From NCBI RefSeq assembly GCF_037042905.1, contig NC_087249.1, positions 8,806,001-8,870,000 on the forward strand: a DNA stretch of 64,000 nucleotides, read 5' to 3'. How positions within the stretch are numbered: the stretch's first letter is position 1; each line of letters starts with the position of its first letter. The stretch is from Lytechinus pictus. Lineage: Eukaryota. Under the pieces are notes generated by a model. The model was not told the DNA's origin. It saw nothing but the letters and a program-made list of their open reading frames with translations, and made no database searches. A program made the position numbers and the translations under genes. Of the stretch, positions 62,966-64,000 are shown piece after piece.

Positions 62966-64000
62966 CCTCATCAGCTTCCTCACTCCAGGAGTCATCCTTC
63001 GAACATTTACACTCTATAGACTTTCTGCTCAAACAGGCATCAGATCAACGCATCCGTCACCATGGCATTTGAAAATTACAGAAACCCACATCGGCCTCAT
63101 TGGTAACGCTCAGCAGATGTCCTAATACGATTGCTACATGACTGCGCCACTTTGTGCTTTTAAGCTAATCCTCTACTCCCCGGCAATGTCCCGCTACACT
63201 TGATTTGATTGGACGGAATGATTAAAAGTTCTCCTAATTCGGTTTGGTAATTGCTAAAATGTCAACTGCCAGTAAACGTCCCCAACACCCGCAGCTTGAC
63301 ATTTTGCAGGCGATAGATGTGATGCCTAACGACTAGGGCTAACGAACCTGTTTCAATGAACTATTGAACATGGGTATTAGAAATAGGAAGGATCATGTCA
63401 CATACATATCACCTATATTCTGAAGTGGATGATACAGTATGGTGAGTATTCATGGAAAAATCTATCCTACATATCTAAATTCCTTTTATTGATACAGGTA
63501 AAATTCAACTACATGTAATTGATCTGAACATTTAATCTCTAAAATTAATAGTGGAAACAAAAATATACCACTGCTAATTTGTTGCATGAACTGTGCAGTA
63601 GGACAACTAGAAAAAAATCATACTAGCCCATATCTATACTGGAAAAATAATTAGCCCATATCTATACTGGAAAAATAATATTTCATGTAGGGGCTGTTTT
63701 CCTCCTTTTTGTCAAATTACATGTTGCGGTTGCATATTTTCAGAGTCTCTTATGCAACTTGAGTTGAGGGCTATGAAAGGAAAATACAATGAATCGCCCT
63801 TTGCCCTTGTATATAACACTAAACTATTAATGTATTAATTGCTCGTACTTGCCACATTAATGACATGTTGAACTGTGGGAGAAATACATTTTTTTCCTTA
63901 AAGAACGTGTTCACTGTACGTAAACTTTAGCATCATGTATAACATGCACAATGACACATCTATTTGGTCTTTGTATCAAGGTTTTAAAAAAGAACACTTA

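Noticed and set aside
61550..62995. 481-aa Val/Met-rich ORF
   Set aside because: Alternative frame of the triplet-derived minisatellite; implausible composition.
63050..63450. Possible promoter or first exon (ATTGG boxes, higher GC, plus-strand ATG|GTGAGT)
   Set aside because: No consistent TSS or exon structure can be fixed from sequence alone.

Overview
AT-rich, repeat-dense animal genomic DNA. The repeat landscape suggests a marine deuterostome, probably a sea urchin; this is inference, not a database result. Nearly the whole window is the 5' half of one minus-strand Na+/Ca2+ exchanger (NCX/SLC8-family) gene. It has an 819-nt exon encoding TM1-5 and the alpha-1 repeat (61367-60549), then small phase-compatible loop exons at 37105-37011, 34737-34687 and 15501-15418. 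The Calx-beta domains and C-terminal half must lie left of position 1. The main discovery candidate is a cluster of putative alternative cassette and microexons at 13544-487 (84, 6, 3 or 39, 9 and 27 nt, all phase 2-2, plus one 32-nt exon). Several have long AG-free zones or UGC/UGCAUG motifs, and a 15-bp complementary pair links the 32-nt exon to the 3' splice site of the 9-nt microexon. The introns hold many non-autonomous DNA transposons (including a three-level nest), a split tRNA-SINE, an L2 3' end, microsatellites, a 295-bp tandem array and a Gly/Asp-reading minisatellite. All small exons are predicted from splice signals and phase only and need RNA evidence.
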